From Lingula anatina (Eukaryota; Animalia; Brachiopoda), in contig CM120640.1 of assembly GCA_051362555.1 (NCBI GenBank), forward strand, positions 45,114,788-45,178,787: DNA of 64,000 nt, read 5' to 3'. Position numbers and translations under genes: made by a program. The notes beneath the pieces are model-generated. The model did not search any database and was not told the DNA's origin. It saw nothing but the letters and a program-made list of their open reading frames with translations. Positions 1 through 15,600 of the stretch are shown piece by piece; the first letter of the stretch is position 1; each line of letters starts with the position of its first letter.

Positions 1-3000
1 CTGTGACATCGTCATTTAAGATGTCTCTGCTAAGGTTTCTTCAGGAAAGTGAGGTTGCATGGCTGTACCTTGCCATTTAGTGGTATAGAAATGGCTAACC
101 CTGCAGAAGGGATTGAAACCTCTGTCTTGGAGACATGAAACAATAACACTACTTTGTATATCAGGTTAACTGATTGAAGATAATATAGCACTAGCTCTTC
201 AGATGTCTCTGTCAACTCGTTTAAAATGAGTGATGCTCTGGTACAGATAAAAATAAAACTGTCATTTAATGTCACATCCGAACAATAGCCTCAGAAAAAG
301 GCAGAGCAGAAGTACATGTAACTTGCTATTGATGATGATAAAAAATAGACATCACTAGACATTTGTAATCTCTTCATTGAAAACCCTGAAATGTCAATTG
401 ATAGGTTATATAATCATACTTGTACCTAAAATGTATTGATAGATAGTTCTCTATCTCATGCTCAAGTCCCTGCACACTGTACTGTTACTTGACACATAGC
501 CAGTAGCATTAACTGTGTGTCAAAAGTTAAACCACTAAAGCTTTAAAAAGATCATGAGGGACTAACCAGTTGCTAATAATCTGTTTACAGTGGTCCCATT
601 AAAGCTGAATAGCAGGCAACCAGGGTTATTTATATGAGATAACAAAATAGGAGCCCCTTGATTTCCTATGAAAAAAAATAGTAGGTCATGGTGGATAAAA
701 AATATGAAAACTGCAAAGTATTATTGAACTGTTAGTATTGTTTTTCTATTATTTAGATAGATGACATATGTGATATCTGATGCATTAAACAGTTTATTAT
801 ACATTCGAAGTATGCTGTTAAAAGGTGTGAAGAACTGCTTAACCTGTACCTTGTACATTTTTTTCAAGAAAGTCCAATGAACTTGGCCAATCCGTCATTA
901 TTACTTACGTCTGAAATTCTACCATCTTTTTTTCTTTGATTACGTGTTCTTTAAGCAAGCATATATTGTCTAAGACATTTTTTATTGCCTTCTCTGTCAG
1001 GTTTATATTACTCTATGACATTTGGGCAATGCTTCATTTCATTAGTGTCCTTGTATTGGTAACTGTGAAGAATTCAGCTGCCAGATAGGAAGTGTGGATT
1101 TCCAGACATATTTGTCAGTGGGTGAAACCTTAGAATGCCTGAGTCACTCATTAGAAGGCTTAAGCTTTCAACACTCTCATTCATTATGTATTATAAAACT
1201 TTCTTATATCAAATCTTACAATCAAAATAAAGATACATATACACCCCACCCTTTTTATCATAAGATTTCTTAGAAGAAAGTTAATTTAAAGTGAAATAAG
1301 GTTTTATGTTTTGATCACAAATGTTTATTCAAAATGATAAGAATGATTTTTTGTTTTTTCATTTTTATTCAAATTCAGCAACACTGTGGTAACAGGCTGT
1401 GGCATACTATGAAAAAATTTTTATGAACACAATTTCTCTAAAGAAGCATTTGAAATTATCATCTGAGTCAAACTTTGTTTGAAAATGTATTTAATATATT
1501 AACTTAAAGCGAATAGAATGTTTCAAAAAGAATGAGGGAATTTCACAAATCGAGTGAGGAATGCTTTAGAAATGTGCTTATTTATATTTGCCATATTTGT
1601 TTCTGTGGAATTTTAAGGCAGTTACATAAGTTGATTTCACAGCCTGGAGCTTTCAGTAATTTTGATAATTTGAATTGAGATAATGTCACTCGAGCAGCAT
1701 CTTTATGTTCTGCAACATGTTATCCTTTATGCTTCATATGCTAGATGCTCCATTGGCAATTAAAATTCCTGTTTTTATGATAATTGATACAGTTAAAAGT
1801 GTAGACATTCACAGGAAATGATAATGAAAAAGCAGGCACGAGTGGGCTATGTGCTTATGTACTCATTAATGTATGTTTTTAACTACCAAAAACCTGAATG
1901 CTTATGTACCACATTAAACTACTTGCAACAGACAGTTTTTGATACACCTGGAGTAAAGCTGTAGTAAATTGAGGGGCACAAACAACTCTATCTGCTCTCT
2001 GCAGTGCCACAAGTATTAATATCTGTTTGGAGGATGGTTTCTTTTCAATGTTTTTTTTTATTTCTACAAAATATGATTAATTTAATTTAGCTGCTCACTT
2101 ATTTATTTATGACACTTAATTATGAAAGTGGAAAAAAAATAAAGCCCACTATTGCTGATTGTTTCAAAGATAGTTTCCAAAGTGTGTTCTTAAACTGTAT
2201 ACCATATTGAAAAGTATATCAGTGCACAAGGAGAAAAAAATGAAATGTACTTCCTAGTTCTGCTGATGCCATGTAAAAGGTGACCTATCCCAGCCTGAGG
2301 CTACTCCTCTAAGATAGCTAGCAGGCACACTGACGAGATGACATGCTTATCACCTTTTTCCAGACCGCTCTTTCATGATTCTTTTTACTTTGTTTTGAAA
2401 ATTCAAAAATAAAAAAAAAATATTGGGAAAGGAGGAGAGATAGATATGGACTTTTTAGGTAGTTATAGCTTTGTTAGAAATCGAACTACTGTATGTGTGT
2501 ACTTGTCATATTTTTTACCAGTTGGCCAAAATATTTTGGTTTTGGAATTGAAAATATGTTCCTATGTGTGTACATGTATGTAAACATTTTTAGCTTATTT
2601 GTCATGAATTATGCTCATAATTTTCTTCTTCTGAAATATTTTGCAATTTGAATGTAGGAAACACAAAACACTAGTCAGTGTACTTTATGCATAGAGAAGT
2701 GTAGCAAATACAGACCGGTGTCCTATAAAGAAAAGACCACAACAGAATTAAAAGTAAACTATTTCCTGATGCTTCACTGGCGATTATTCATTTCCTACTG
2801 CCCTGAAATCAGATGCAGGGTGCTAAATAAAGGGAACTTGTTGCCACTGAGAAGAAGTGCAATACCTTGAACTGCTATAAAGGCCCAACTCTGTGGTTTT
2901 TTTTTTCTTCAAGTCTCCCATCAGAGTGCACCAAAAACACCTCAGTTCTGGTGTTCTCAATTACTTCAACTGTCTGTTCCAGCAATTTGATTTGCAAAGA

Positions 3001-3173
3001 CACAAAGTAGCCTACTAGTAGTTACAGCAGATTGTACTTTGAGTGTTATTTTTCATAATGAAGACAGTATGCTTAGCTCATATTGTATGCTGTAGGTAAT
3101 CATTAACAGAGGGAATATAACCTATTCAATTTTGAGATCAAGACCTCTAGTGCAATTGTTAATTTTTTATTAA

Positions 3174-3498
3174 AATCAAGTGAACTTATTTATAAACTGA
3201 TATAAAGACTTCTCCACATAGAGCAGCATAATTTCACAGCACTGTCTGTACCAATACTTTTTTGGGAGACTTGCAACTTAAAAGCCTGGTATAAAAAAGT
3301 CACCTACACAGAGCCTCTGCATTCATCGCATTAAAAAAATCAAGTGAGCTTATTTAAACTGATATAGAGCCTTTTCCTCATCAAGCAGTATACTTTAGCA
3401 ATACAGTCTGTATCGACACTTTTTGAGAGACTAACAACTTAATACCCTGGCTATTGCATAAAAAAGTCACCTAAACAAAGCTTCTGTATTCATCACAA
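3174..3498. repeat. Diverged tandem dimer of a ~165-bp unit
   Basis: 3174-3330 (aatcaagtgaacttattt...aaaaaagtcacctacacagagcctctgcattcatc) is repeated at 3338-3498 (aatcaagtgagcttattt...aaaaaagtcacctaaacaaagcttctgtattcatc). Confidence 0.85.
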
Positions 3499-4886
3499 CC
3501 AATTAATGAATGTAACTAAATAGCAAGAAGGGAAGTTGTTGAGAACTAGTGAAAAAGGGTAATTAGACAGGAGGACAGCTCAATGTACCAGTACAGACTG
3601 TCTCCCTGAAGTATTACCACTTGATGTGAAAAGAGCTCTAGATCCCATTCAGAAAGACACATCATACTACTTGAGTCAGTCCAACTCCACAGGGGATTCT
3701 CTCTAAGTGCAATCAGTGGAATCAGCTAAATTGTCTGACACACTTTCTCAGCTAGCTTTTAACTAGGTGCTCCAGGAGGCGTGTCATTCAATTAAGTCGA
3801 TTGCACTTAAAGAGAGCCCCCGCAGAGTTGCACCCAACTAGTATGATGTGCCCATCTGAATGCTCCCTAAGATAACAAAGTATAAAATATTGCTGAACAG
3901 CTATGTTATCCTGATGACATGGATCTCAACTAAGGCATCTTATGGAAGAATACTGAATAAAACAAATGCTGTTAGTTTGTGTTGAAAAATAGTTTGAATT
4001 ACAAATAGCAGGCTCCTTTTCCATTGAGAACCTACACCCTACATAAATATCTGAGTGTGTTTTAACAGGATGTAAAAAGTTAATGAGAGTTGATGTAAAG
4101 CTTTCACATATCTTGAAGAATACCAGTGCATCTGGATCAATATTTTATTTATTTAAGACTACATGTTAAATATCATCCTGAAAGCAATAACATGACCAGC
4201 ATTTTTTTCTTGTGCAGATTTACAGTAATTGTCCTGTCAACACATTTTGGTTATCGTTTGCTACATAGGTCAATCTGAGCCATTATAGACATGATTTCAT
4301 GACAAGTCAGTTTTGAATTCACAGACAAATAGGACCTAATTGTTTCTTGGTGTGACATGAGTGCTCTTTACTTTTACCAAATTGATCGATAATTGCAGAG
4401 GAATGATGTCATTAGGGAGAAACATGTAAGTGTGTTTGAACTTAAGAATAATTTTCTGCAATTTTGCATGTCCATCTCTCAAGATAATAACTTGATGACG
4501 TTGAGGGAAAATGTTTGTCAGGCATAGCCCTTTCTTCAACACATTAAATTTTAAAATCCTTGAGAATATGGCTTTATGATATAGAAGGAAATGTTTGCCA
4601 GTTGTATTTTCTATTTTTACATGGAAATTACGAACTAAAAATATTTCAAACTTATTATATATTTTTCAGAGCTTTCCATTTTAAGTTACAGGAGCATGCA
4701 TTTGTATGAAATTTTCCCTTGCTTTATAACTTCTACATCATCTTTTTCTGAAACCACTAAATTATTTTGGGCAATGTTGGTTAGCAGTTTTGTTCAATTT
4801 TACCTTGTAATAATCATACACAATTTTCTTTTTGTTTTTATTTTTTTATTGAAGAAAATTTCAAAGATTTTTATTTTTGGTCCATT

Positions 4887-4888
<2 letters not shown>

Positions 4889-4937
<49 letters not shown>
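4889..4937. repeat. (TTA)n microsatellite
   Basis: Directly visible; produces the poly-Leu of spurious ORF 4696..4953. Confidence 0.95.
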
Positions 4938-7900
4938 GTTGGTGTTATTGTAATTATTTGGCTTTGAATATCAGTTGCCACTAAAGATTAAAATTACACC
5001 TTAATATAAATTTATATTTTAGCTTTACCAACCAAAGCTTAATTGTCATGCAGAAGAATTACACCCAATTTACTTAGCTGGCCATTTCAGTTGACCCACT
5101 GACCTGCCATCAACTTTCCTAAAACTACACGAAGCATGAAAAATGGCTGTTAAGGAAATTTTTTGTAGATAAAAACAGCACTTTCACACCATAGATATCC
5201 ATGTGAATGAGTACAGAAGCTGGGCCCTGCTTCATTCATTTGTGCATTGCTGCACACAGACTTGTGGATTGTTGAAATTAAATCAAGCTCTTTTTAAGTT
5301 GTCTGGGACGTTCACTGGTGGAGTTCAGTGAGTTGATTCTGCTGTAACTTTAGAGCACAGCTGTTATATTTGTCACAAACATGGACCTCCTACAAAAACA
5401 TGGGTTAGGTGTTAACCGGGTGCTCTCTGCGCATTGTCCGAACTAACCTTTCCCCAGCAGGGAATGTTTAATTCATCTACAAACTTCAGCCACCAGTAAC
5501 ATAAGTTCCAGTACACAAATTGATATCAGCCATCTAGAACTTAAAAAAAAAAAAAAACACTGGTTAACCTATACAGGTTCATTTACAGTACAATGGGTAT
5601 CATGTGTAAAATTTGTTGTTCATCCATTGCAAAGGCACACCTCTTAAAATTTTATGAATATGGCGACACAAAGAAATTTTAGTAAGTCAAGCAATGACGG
5701 ATCTCAACTTGCCTTCAGGCAGATAACATTTGTCCTTAAAAAGAAGTCAGTATAGCGTCTCCACATATCCTATGAATCAGGCTATTAATGTATAACCCAG
5801 TGTGTGACAGATGCCGTGAGGTGTTAGAGAGGAAGAAGATGTTAACTAAATAAGAATCTCCTGTGTCTTACATTACTCCATATAGTTAAACGGTCTTTGA
5901 GACATGGCAATTTGTGACCTCTGTGACACTAACGGCCCTCTGACCACATCAAAGGTGTAACACGAAGATCCCTAAGATCCAGCTTCTGTTTTCAGCTACA
6001 CTCTAGCCAAATAGAAAGTTGGGAGTTTGAGGAGTCAACTCTTGTCTTCATCTAGTCTACCCCAAAGCTATTAAATTATTACACTGCATGTATGGTAAAT
6101 CAGACATGTCTGTTAATTTTTTTTTTAGAGACATCAGCTACTGTTTAAGGTCATCTTAGCACCACGCTACAGATTTTGATATACATCCAAGTTGCTCTGA
6201 TGCCTTCAGGAGTGCATCCACTGTGTTGGTCTACCCATGGTCTGTACAATACAGTATGGTAAACCAAACACCTCTCAATGAGTTTTAAACCACTTCAGCT
6301 ACTGTTTTACACCATTGTATCCCCAGATGGCAGACATGGTGTAGAACTATAAGCTACTTGTATTACTATATATACATGTCTGGGAAACCCATGGCACATA
6401 GCATCGTTTTATATAATTACAATGAGAATATGGTAAACCAAATAACTTTTGGATGACTTTGGTTGGCCAGAAATTCCACACCAGCTCTGATTAAATGACT
6501 TTTCAAATAGCAAATAATGATATGTTCAAATATTTAGAAGTAGATTTGGTTCTGGTGTGGAAATGCATTCACATTATTTATAGGCAAACTTAACCGCCAA
6601 ATGAAATGATGGGACATGTTAAGACTACTTTTTTGTTTGTTTTGTTTTTATTCTTAATTTTACATTAACTTACTTGTCCAGTTATAGTCATCATTGTCTT
6701 CTTTTTTCATTTCTGTTATCCCACTTAGTCCATTCATGATGAATATGAATGCTCTTGATAAAAAAAAACAGTCTTGCCTCTTTTGTTATATTAATATAGC
6801 AAAGCAGTTGCTACTCATCTCACTTCTTCAGCTTTTGTTATCACTAAGGGAAATGCACCTCGTGTTATTCTGTCTGTTTATTTTCTGGTCATGTCCTTAT
6901 AGGGGCCATATCAAAATAAAATCTGGTAATTCCATTTGGTTCGTGTTTTAAGGTTGGTACATATTGGAGTCATTATACCTGTGTTTTTTCATCCCTATTT
7001 TGCTTGGACCTTAAATGTTATTTTGAAAGAATAAAACCAGTTTGAGAATGATTGATTTTTGATGGTAATTTTGAGAAGACCCCCTAGCCCACACTAGTCC
7101 CTCTATATATCTTTTTAAATGTTGGTCATGTCAACTAGCATAGAATTCACCAAATATATCAAGTATTTGAGTTCATAAACAGTGCAGGCAGAGTTCAGGG
7201 CAGGGGGTTCAGGAATAATGTTAACGCCTTAGAAGAAACAAAAACCTATGAGCTGCTCCTTGTATGAAAATGGATATTTAGCATAAAAATGTAATATTCA
7301 AATGAAGATGTCAACCAGCCTTTCACTTGCCATCCATGATTAACGTGGGATTGTTGACAGTGGCGACAGGGAAGATCTTTATCATGTGAACATCCAATGC
7401 ATCAGTCATTTTACACATTTACACCACTGCAAGGGTTCAGTGGAACAAACAACTACCTGCATCAGTAACTTTGACAAAAATTATTCGGCTGACGTGGCCT
7501 TGTCCTTTGATACACAAATTAGGCCATTAAGAGGCACACTCCAGTGACTTCAGCAAGGGGGAGGAGAGGTGGGGTCCTTGAAGGTGTCATAAAAGAGAAA
7601 AATATTTTGAAGACTAGAAAAATATAATTAAGTAGAATTCATTGACATTATCGGTTTGGAGTTGTGAGAAAAACAAGGAAGCCTCAGATGGTGATTAGAT
7701 ATAAAGTGTGTGAGAGGAGGGTCATGTTTGTCAAATTAGCCTCCTAATTATATGGTCTCAAAATAGACTGTGATGACTTTTCAGGACAGTAAATTTGATT
7801 TTATCTGCACATTTTGTTGTTCTTCACAGACCACAGACAGAAAAATGGATTTTTATTATTAACTGCCTCCTTGTATGTAATGATAGATAGCGAGATCAGT

Positions 7901-9097
7901 AAATGTAAAACGATGTATGTGTGATTGTGCTATTAGTGGTTGTGTCTGCCTATTTACTTCAAAGATTGTGTGGTGTTTATCTGAGGGAGACAAAAGAGGA
8001 CATGAGACAAGAATGGTTGACTCTTTTGATATTTGATTCACATATCATGATTGCATAAAGGGATTTGGTAACTGAGATAGAAATTTGAGTAAAAGAACTG
8101 CTGAGCTGTTTTAAAATCAAATAACACTTCCACAATATTAGTTGTCACAAAAACAATGGAGATGGGCTCAATTTTTAAGAGGAAAAATGCAAATAATTTG
8201 CCAGTTCCTTTTATTCACAATTTCCTTATTCCTTGTGACTCAAGTAATGGCAGTACATTTGTCTAGAATAAATTATTTATTTGTAGTAAAGCACCTGTAG
8301 GTGTAGTAGTCAACGATTTCTAAATGGCCCCACCACCCTCTGTTTCCAGTTTTTGTTAATGATACCTTAACTGGATGACAAGGCAATCCATAACGGTCTC
8401 AAATGTGGTTACCCAAAGGTTGAGCAAAACACCACCTGTGTGGATGCAAAGGTGTGTTTGTGATGCAAAAAAATCTGAAAGGTCCATTTTGTCACAAATG
8501 CAAGGTACCGAATAGTTTTGGATTTCTTGAAAGTGAGCAGATAAATCAAATGTGATGTTTTCCTAACAATGCCTAATTTACATAATCTGCTGAAGTGTGA
8601 GGAGATGGATTTCTTTTAAAGAGTCCACAGTGAGGGCTTGATCCTACTTCATGCTTCAGTCAGGCGAGTACACCTAGGGAAAAATTCTCCAGTCATTCAG
8701 TTCATTCTTTATGAGAACATTTGAGAAAATAAAACTTGTTCTCAGCTAAAATGGCATTAATTTTTAAGGCATACAGAAAAAGTATTTGTTATAATCATCT
8801 TATTATTTTCAAATTGCTTGCCATCTATGTTTGATATTATCTCCCCATTGTTGGTGTTTAAGTTGGCAGACGATTCGCTTTCCCAGCACCGAATAACTAT
8901 TTATGCATATGATATCTCTTTTGTTGGTGAGATAATAGGCAGCCAGATAATCGGTGCATTTTGAATTGATGAAAAAACAATGCTACATGCTGCTAAGTAC
9001 ATAAATGAAAAATTCATGCTTTTTCAAGAGGTTTTGCCTTAGGCTTTTCTTTTGATGATAAAGTTGCTGCCACGCCTTTTCCCTACCAAGGGCTCAT

Positions 9098-9128
<31 letters not shown>

Positions 9129-10859
9129 GGTTCACAATTTTAGGTGATATATATAAGAATTTTATCATGAATAATGCTAAAAACTTATACAAGTAGGTGT
9201 AACACCCCCCCCCCCCACTCACATACACACACCTACACACACCACCACCACCTCCACCACCACCACTATGGTAGCATACCTCATTTTTTACCTGTGTCTA
9301 CAAACAGATGACTATCCATACCTATTATGAATTCTTTATAAGAAACTGTCCAAGTTGGGTATGAAAGTGCTGAAAGAACTCTTGCTCAAAGCAAGTTTAG
9401 TCACTCTCATGTATGTGTACCTGTTTTGTTTTGATAGCAGTATAATAGATTTGATAATACTTTAACTCTATTTCTGTATTGATATGTAAATAGAATAAAA
9501 AGCAGATATGTATATATCTGTTGTTGGCATTTTGGACAATTCAGTTTCTGTTCACATAACTGCAATATTGAAAGATACCTGAGACCAACATCTAATCTGT
9601 TACTCGGTATATATGTACAAATGTAATCAACTAAGTTTTTGAATTAATTCTTCAAATAATTTGATGGCTAAAGAGATAATGAAATGTTAGTTTTAAATGT
9701 ATTTGATTCTTCAGAAAATTTCTTTATCACAAATAGTGTTCTTTTAGTAATATTCAGAGTGCTTGAGCTTGGATTTTAGTAGATTTTTTTATAAAGCATA
9801 AATTGTTTGCATTATTTGACATTTCAGTCATGGCCTCAGTGTTTTGTTTTGCAACCTTTACTGGAATATACAGTATCATCAAATTGACTTTTTTCATCCT
9901 TTCTTTTGTGATGTTTATTGCAAAAATGCATAAAGAAATCCCAAAAAGACACATTCAAATTAACAAAGAACTTATTTTTAAAAAATCATGAAGATTACCA
10001 TTAATTTGCCTTCCAACCAGCATGAACTCAAATTTTTATGAGGGTCAAAAACCTTTTCGTGGAATGAGAAAGACTGGTTGGGCATTTCACGTAGTGATAA
10101 AGTACTGGCACCTGTTACTTTGTGAGAAATAGTTCTTTAGATAGCTCTGTACTACCTATATGCAGAATAAAACACAGGTAAACAATATGTGATATATCTG
10201 CTGAGTTCATCGAGAGCAGATTTGATACATTCGCTAGTCCTGAGGGAGGGATATGTTACTTTGTATTTGGTGCTGATGGTGGCTGATTTTTCATCTTGTC
10301 ACACGTGCCGTTTAATGAACATCAAACCACTGTGCAGTAGCATACCTACATCCTAGATGCATACCTGTATGTAAACCTTGAATAACAGTAGTCACAATGA
10401 ACAAAATGAAAATACCAGAGGTCAATATATTGGCCATTTGGTACCTTTTTCCTGTAATTTTGACTGACAGTAGGTGCCAAACTATGGAGATGATGTGGGT
10501 TTAGATTTATTAACAGCGTTAACCAACGTATTTGCCACATAAGCTATTACTTTACTGTCAGAACAAACCTCCTTCCACAGGATGATCATTATTTTAGTAT
10601 AATTGCTGTTGTTATCAAATTTGGGCAATTACCTTAATTGTAAAAACTATATCTTTGTTCAATTTTTGATGTATAATGTTTTATATCTCTGTGTGTTTTA
10701 TGTACACTTTTTACAAACAGACTCGGTGTCTGGATATATAGCCTTCACATTCATCTGTTGTCGCAGATGTTGCCATGCACTTTCCTGGATTTTTTGTTCA
10801 TAAACAATAAAAGGCAAATTATGTTACTTATTATTTTCAAACATATAGCAATGATTCAT

Positions 10860-11230
10860 AGGACTAAAATACATCTTAAATTCGAAAACTAGCCTGATTG
10901 GATAATGTATCTTGAACTCATAAAGTTTTTTGTGAATTTTTTCCTTCTTCACAAATTGTTATTTTCAAGGATGTGACTTAGAATTTCCCTAGGTCTAAAA
11001 CACTGTTTTGTTTCATTTTCTGAATATCCACAGTAACAGTAGCACACAATTAAATTGGTGGTGATTATGTTCCTAAGTGTATCTTATTTAATATTGCCTC
11101 AATAAAAACCTTTTTTTCTGCACTACCATTGTCAAATTAGTTTAGACTGTTTTAATGTCACTGCTTGTATCTCTTTTGTCATTAATTTTTCTTTCCGTTT
11201 GACAACTTTGCTGCCTTATGTAGATATTGT
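10860..11230 (+). mobile_element. Degenerate 3' part of the Helentron-like repeat also found at 41.5-52.2 kb
   Basis: ggactaaaat..., ttttcaaggatgtgacttagaa and cattttctgaatatcca match the internal units at 43.4-43.7 kb; tttgacaactttgctgccttatgtagatatt matches the 3' end at 52189-52218. Confidence 0.55.
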
Positions 11231-12472
11231 GCACATCAAAAGAAAAATAGATGCTAAAGATCCTGATTTTAATCACTGAAGCTATCATAGATATCTGTTA
11301 AATTTCATATCTTTATATCTTAAATCTTAAATATATCTTATAAATGTTACATTTAACATCCGTGTCACATTTGACATTTTGAAACAAAAAGTCTTGAACC
11401 TTCAATGTGTGATAAGGACCTGACTGTCTTATTGTGACTTCACCCTGAAAGCAATTGCCTTGTATCAGTTTTAGACTAAATTTTCTATCCAGGATACTTA
11501 ACCCTTAAAAATTTATTGCAAGTCACTTACACAACTGTCTTTGCATGCCAGTTTAGTGATTGAACAGCCATCTTCACCTCATCTTCAACCCTTGGGAAAT
11601 TTTGCTTTGGCTTACAACAACCAATGATGTTTGTTATAACACACAGCAGCCAGGAGATACTTAATAAAAAATGCCAAAGCAGTGTTTGGATATGTAGAGA
11701 CAGGTCTGGTTACAGCATAAATTTTGTAATGCATCCCTCAGAGCAGGCTCCATCACACAAGGGTATTGTAAGATATATGTCCAAGTGATAAGACACTGCA
11801 TGGAAAGGGTGTTCCATGACATGAATTCCAAAGTCTTTGCAAGAAACTTTCAAAATCAATATGTCATTGAATGGAAACACATCTGGGCTTTGATATCAAA
11901 TCTTTGTTAATTGTAATGAAATATTTGGTAAGAACTGTAACAGACCTTTGAAACTTTTATAGCCCAGAAACTCAAGAAATGGAACTTGGTGCAGAAGCCT
12001 TTTTTTCTCACCTGATTATTTGAAAAACATTTTTATTATTTTAATGGTATTTAGTATATCTAATGTTTGCGCCAATAAAACATGTAAGATACTCCAGTAA
12101 TACAGACTCTAAGAAATGTATAAAAACGAGACAAAAATGTATAAAAACAAAACAACAAAAATGTTGTTGGCATCTTAAATATAGAGGCAGATTGTGCTAG
12201 CTGAGAGAAATGTTTGGACATCACGATGCATGCATGTTTACAATGAGAATGGTTCACCATTACATCCAGGGGCTGGTTTCACCAGAGAACATAACAACGA
12301 AAAGTTAAGACCAACAATTTTTGTTCTTCTTTGACTCCTATAAAACAGCAGCTGTTCATTTGAAGGAAAGGTTGAGCCTTTTTTGTAAAGAGAAAAAATT
12401 GCTTATGTTGAGAACTAGTAGTTACTCTGTTTTAGTAGATTTCTACATACATATTTATTTGGAATTGAAGAT

Positions 12473-12632
12473 GGGCAGATCCAAGGATATTTTCTGACAG
12501 TCTTCCAAATTATCTTTGTTGATCCATCCTCCATTTTTGACCGTCTTCCGATTGAAAAAATTAGATACAATATAAATTTGAAAATCCAACCGTCTTCCGG
12601 AAGATCCAGAAGACAGCCTCAATCCGCCCCTG
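12473..12632. mobile_element. ~160-bp hAT-like MITE (same family as 51899-52066, opposite orientation)
   Basis: Ends gggcagatcc...aatccgcccctg; interior is the approximate reverse complement of 51899-52066; flanked by GAAGAT on both sides (12467-72, 12633-38). Confidence 0.75.
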
Positions 12633-15600
12633 GAAGATGACCCAACTTTGGGTCCTTATAGAGTTAAAACCAGGTTTTATTCTCAAGTCCTGCTATGCAA
12701 CCAAGATCTTTGCCTTTTACAGGACTCCAAAATAACTAAAGCCTAGATTGCATTTCCCATGCAATGTCTGTATGGCGCTGGTTTACTGCTCGTAAATCCT
12801 TTTTTGTGTGGTGTCCATGCAGAGGCAGATGGTGGCCGTGCAAAATCATACAAAACATGGAATTTAACGGCCTCTGTAGCCTCCACGATTTTGTCAAGCC
12901 AAAACTTGTGACAAATTTTTGAAATGGTAGGCCTTTAGGCTGTAGCATATTATTGAAGATAACATTGCAAAGTTTCCATACAGGTCCCCCCTGGCTACGG
13001 GCCTACAAAGAAAATCGTAGAGGGCTTCTTCAACAATATATCAGTTTTCAAGGAAGCTGCAAAGGCTTACAACAACTGCACTGAGATGGAGAGGGCTCCC
13101 CACAATAACTTTTTAACTGAAAAATAGAAATTTCTCCTACTTGACCTCATGGTCAAGCCGTAGAAATGGCACGGCACTCACACGTGAGGTAAATGTACTG
13201 GCTATAGCCTGTGGCTACTTACAATGTCAAAAACAATTGCACAAAAAATCATATATGATTTCATCATACAGCAGCCATGGCAAATGTAATCTAGGCACAA
13301 GATTATTTATTTCACCCCAAAAAATGTTAAACATTAGTATATAAAAAAGATTTTACCTTGATCAACCGCATCCTGCTGAGTGGGCCAAAATTTAGGAATC
13401 CGCCTGCGTGGCCCTGGAAACCGATGTTGTTGATTATAATTCCTGTTGTATCTGTTGTACATTTTGTATACAAATGTCTGTATCATAACAGAAGTCACAC
13501 CCACACTAGTGAGTCTTGGAATAAAGTTTTTTGCAAGACAAGTCTAAGTTTGAGGATGTCTTTCCATGTAGTTTTATGATGATTGTAATCTCTACCTTCA
13601 TCAGTGTTAGAGTGAAGTGGCCCCAGTGTGTGTGGTCAACAAACCTGACTGAGTAACCACATTGAGGGAAAAATACAGCAATAGAAATAAATAACCTTGC
13701 ACCAGCACACCTTAGAAAACTATGATTTGCATACATTATTTTCTCTTTAATAATGATTTAGGTCATGTAATTGGACATACTTTTTTGTCAAACCTCCATT
13801 GTCTAAGATACTATCTGGTTCATGAACACACCTTGGAATGAGGCACGGAGATGGAGATAAGATCTAGATTATTAGATGAAATTTGTTCAGGAAGTGACAC
13901 CAGCTTGCATCAAGATACTTGGCGACAGCGAGTAAAAAGGACATTATAATTTTATGAAATATTGCATTTGTCTCTATCTGTGGGTCTGGGGTGTTTTCTG
14001 GAAGATTAACTTTTGAGGCAGTTCTAGAAACCACCTCGGTGTTTTTAAAGCTGGGGACATTATTTATTAAAGATACATGCAGGATATCAAGGTTTATTAG
14101 ATACAGATATTGTCTCAAACTGTCTGATTTTATTTCAATTGAAAAGTTTTCAACAATTTCTACTTCAAATTGTTGTCATCCTAATCATTTTTCATATTTG
14201 AATTTTATTGTAATGAGTATAAACTAACCTAAATACAAATGTCTTATTTTATATTAAAAAAAAAGCAGTTTTAAATGTCATATCTTTTACAATTAAAGAA
14301 AACAAGTCATCATTATACATTTAAAAAGTAGGAAAGTGTGCAAACACCAAAAAGAGTATGTATAAGCTCTATCACTAAGCTGTGGTAATGCTGATATACC
14401 ATCATGTATTAGTCGGGTTTGTTTCCTAAGAAAGTTCTTTGCTTGTGTATGATACACACAGTGTTAACCATAGAATGCTAGATACAGGAGTCTTGATGAG
14501 CCACAGCACATGTAAGTTGTTAAAAGAGACAATTTACCACCAAATGCCAAATTGCCAATTTTGATACCACACAGGTTACCTCACATACCACACCACTGAT
14601 CTATAGCTACTTAGCTGCCATTTGTATCAAAGAGCTGTTAGATTAATCTTAAGTTACACCTTAAAGTGATTACGAATAATATCTAAGTGAAAAATACTTT
14701 TTTACCAACTTATAAACAGTGTGTGTGTGTGTGTGTGTCATCATTCTCATTTTGTGTAAATTTGCAGTGTTTTGTCTGCTAAACACCAATAGATTCAAAA
14801 CCCAAACTTGGTCAAAAAGTGTACCCTTTGTTAGATGACAGTTAGCTGTATTTTTACAGCAAAACAATACTTGAAAGTTGAGATTTTGCTTTAAAAATGT
14901 GGGGGGAAAACAGGACATTGATGGTGGCCATTGTCTGTCAGTTCTAACATGGCCGACTTTCTTTTCCCACTTTAATTTGAAGAAGTAGGTCAGAGCAAGT
15001 GTTGACTGGGTATGGACTGGTTTCTAGGACCAAGACTGTGTGGCAGACATCAAATAGCTTCTGATATCACTACCCTTTTATTCCATCAACCAAAACTGAG
15101 CAATATGAATAGAACCAAATGGGGCCATGTCGCCACGAAAATTCCCCAACATTCCTCTGAAGTTCAGAAATGACTGGTTCCATTCTCCGTTTTGCAACTA
15201 ATATTTGGAAAAAGATTTGTTTGTTTTGATTTTTCAGTTTTAATCTTAATGATTGTTGACTTACACTCAGAAGAAAAGTGTTTCCTCTGGTTCCGACCAG
15301 TATTAAAAAGAAAACCACAACTTGTACTTGGACATGTTCTGTTGACTCCAAGGTGCAGCTGCATGACAATTATGCCAGTCAAGGGCCTTGAAACATATTT
15401 GACCACCATGTTCATGGATTATGACCACAGATCAGTGCACTTTGGCTTTTTGCATGTTTTCACACCAGTATATAAGATTGCCCTCCAACCAAACTGTCAC
15501 AGTATCCCTGTGGCCAGGTATTGTACAGACTCCATCTTGGAAGTTTTCTCCTTGGTACCATTCGCAGGAATGTCATTTATGCAAGACTTAATATATCTGT

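Noticed and set aside
11590-11635. Possible first coding exon of SUPT3H (LGKFCFGLQQPMM, ATGAT|GTTTGT)
   Set aside because: Phase fits, but the match to the conserved FxxE(I/L)QxMM motif is poor and the donor is weak.
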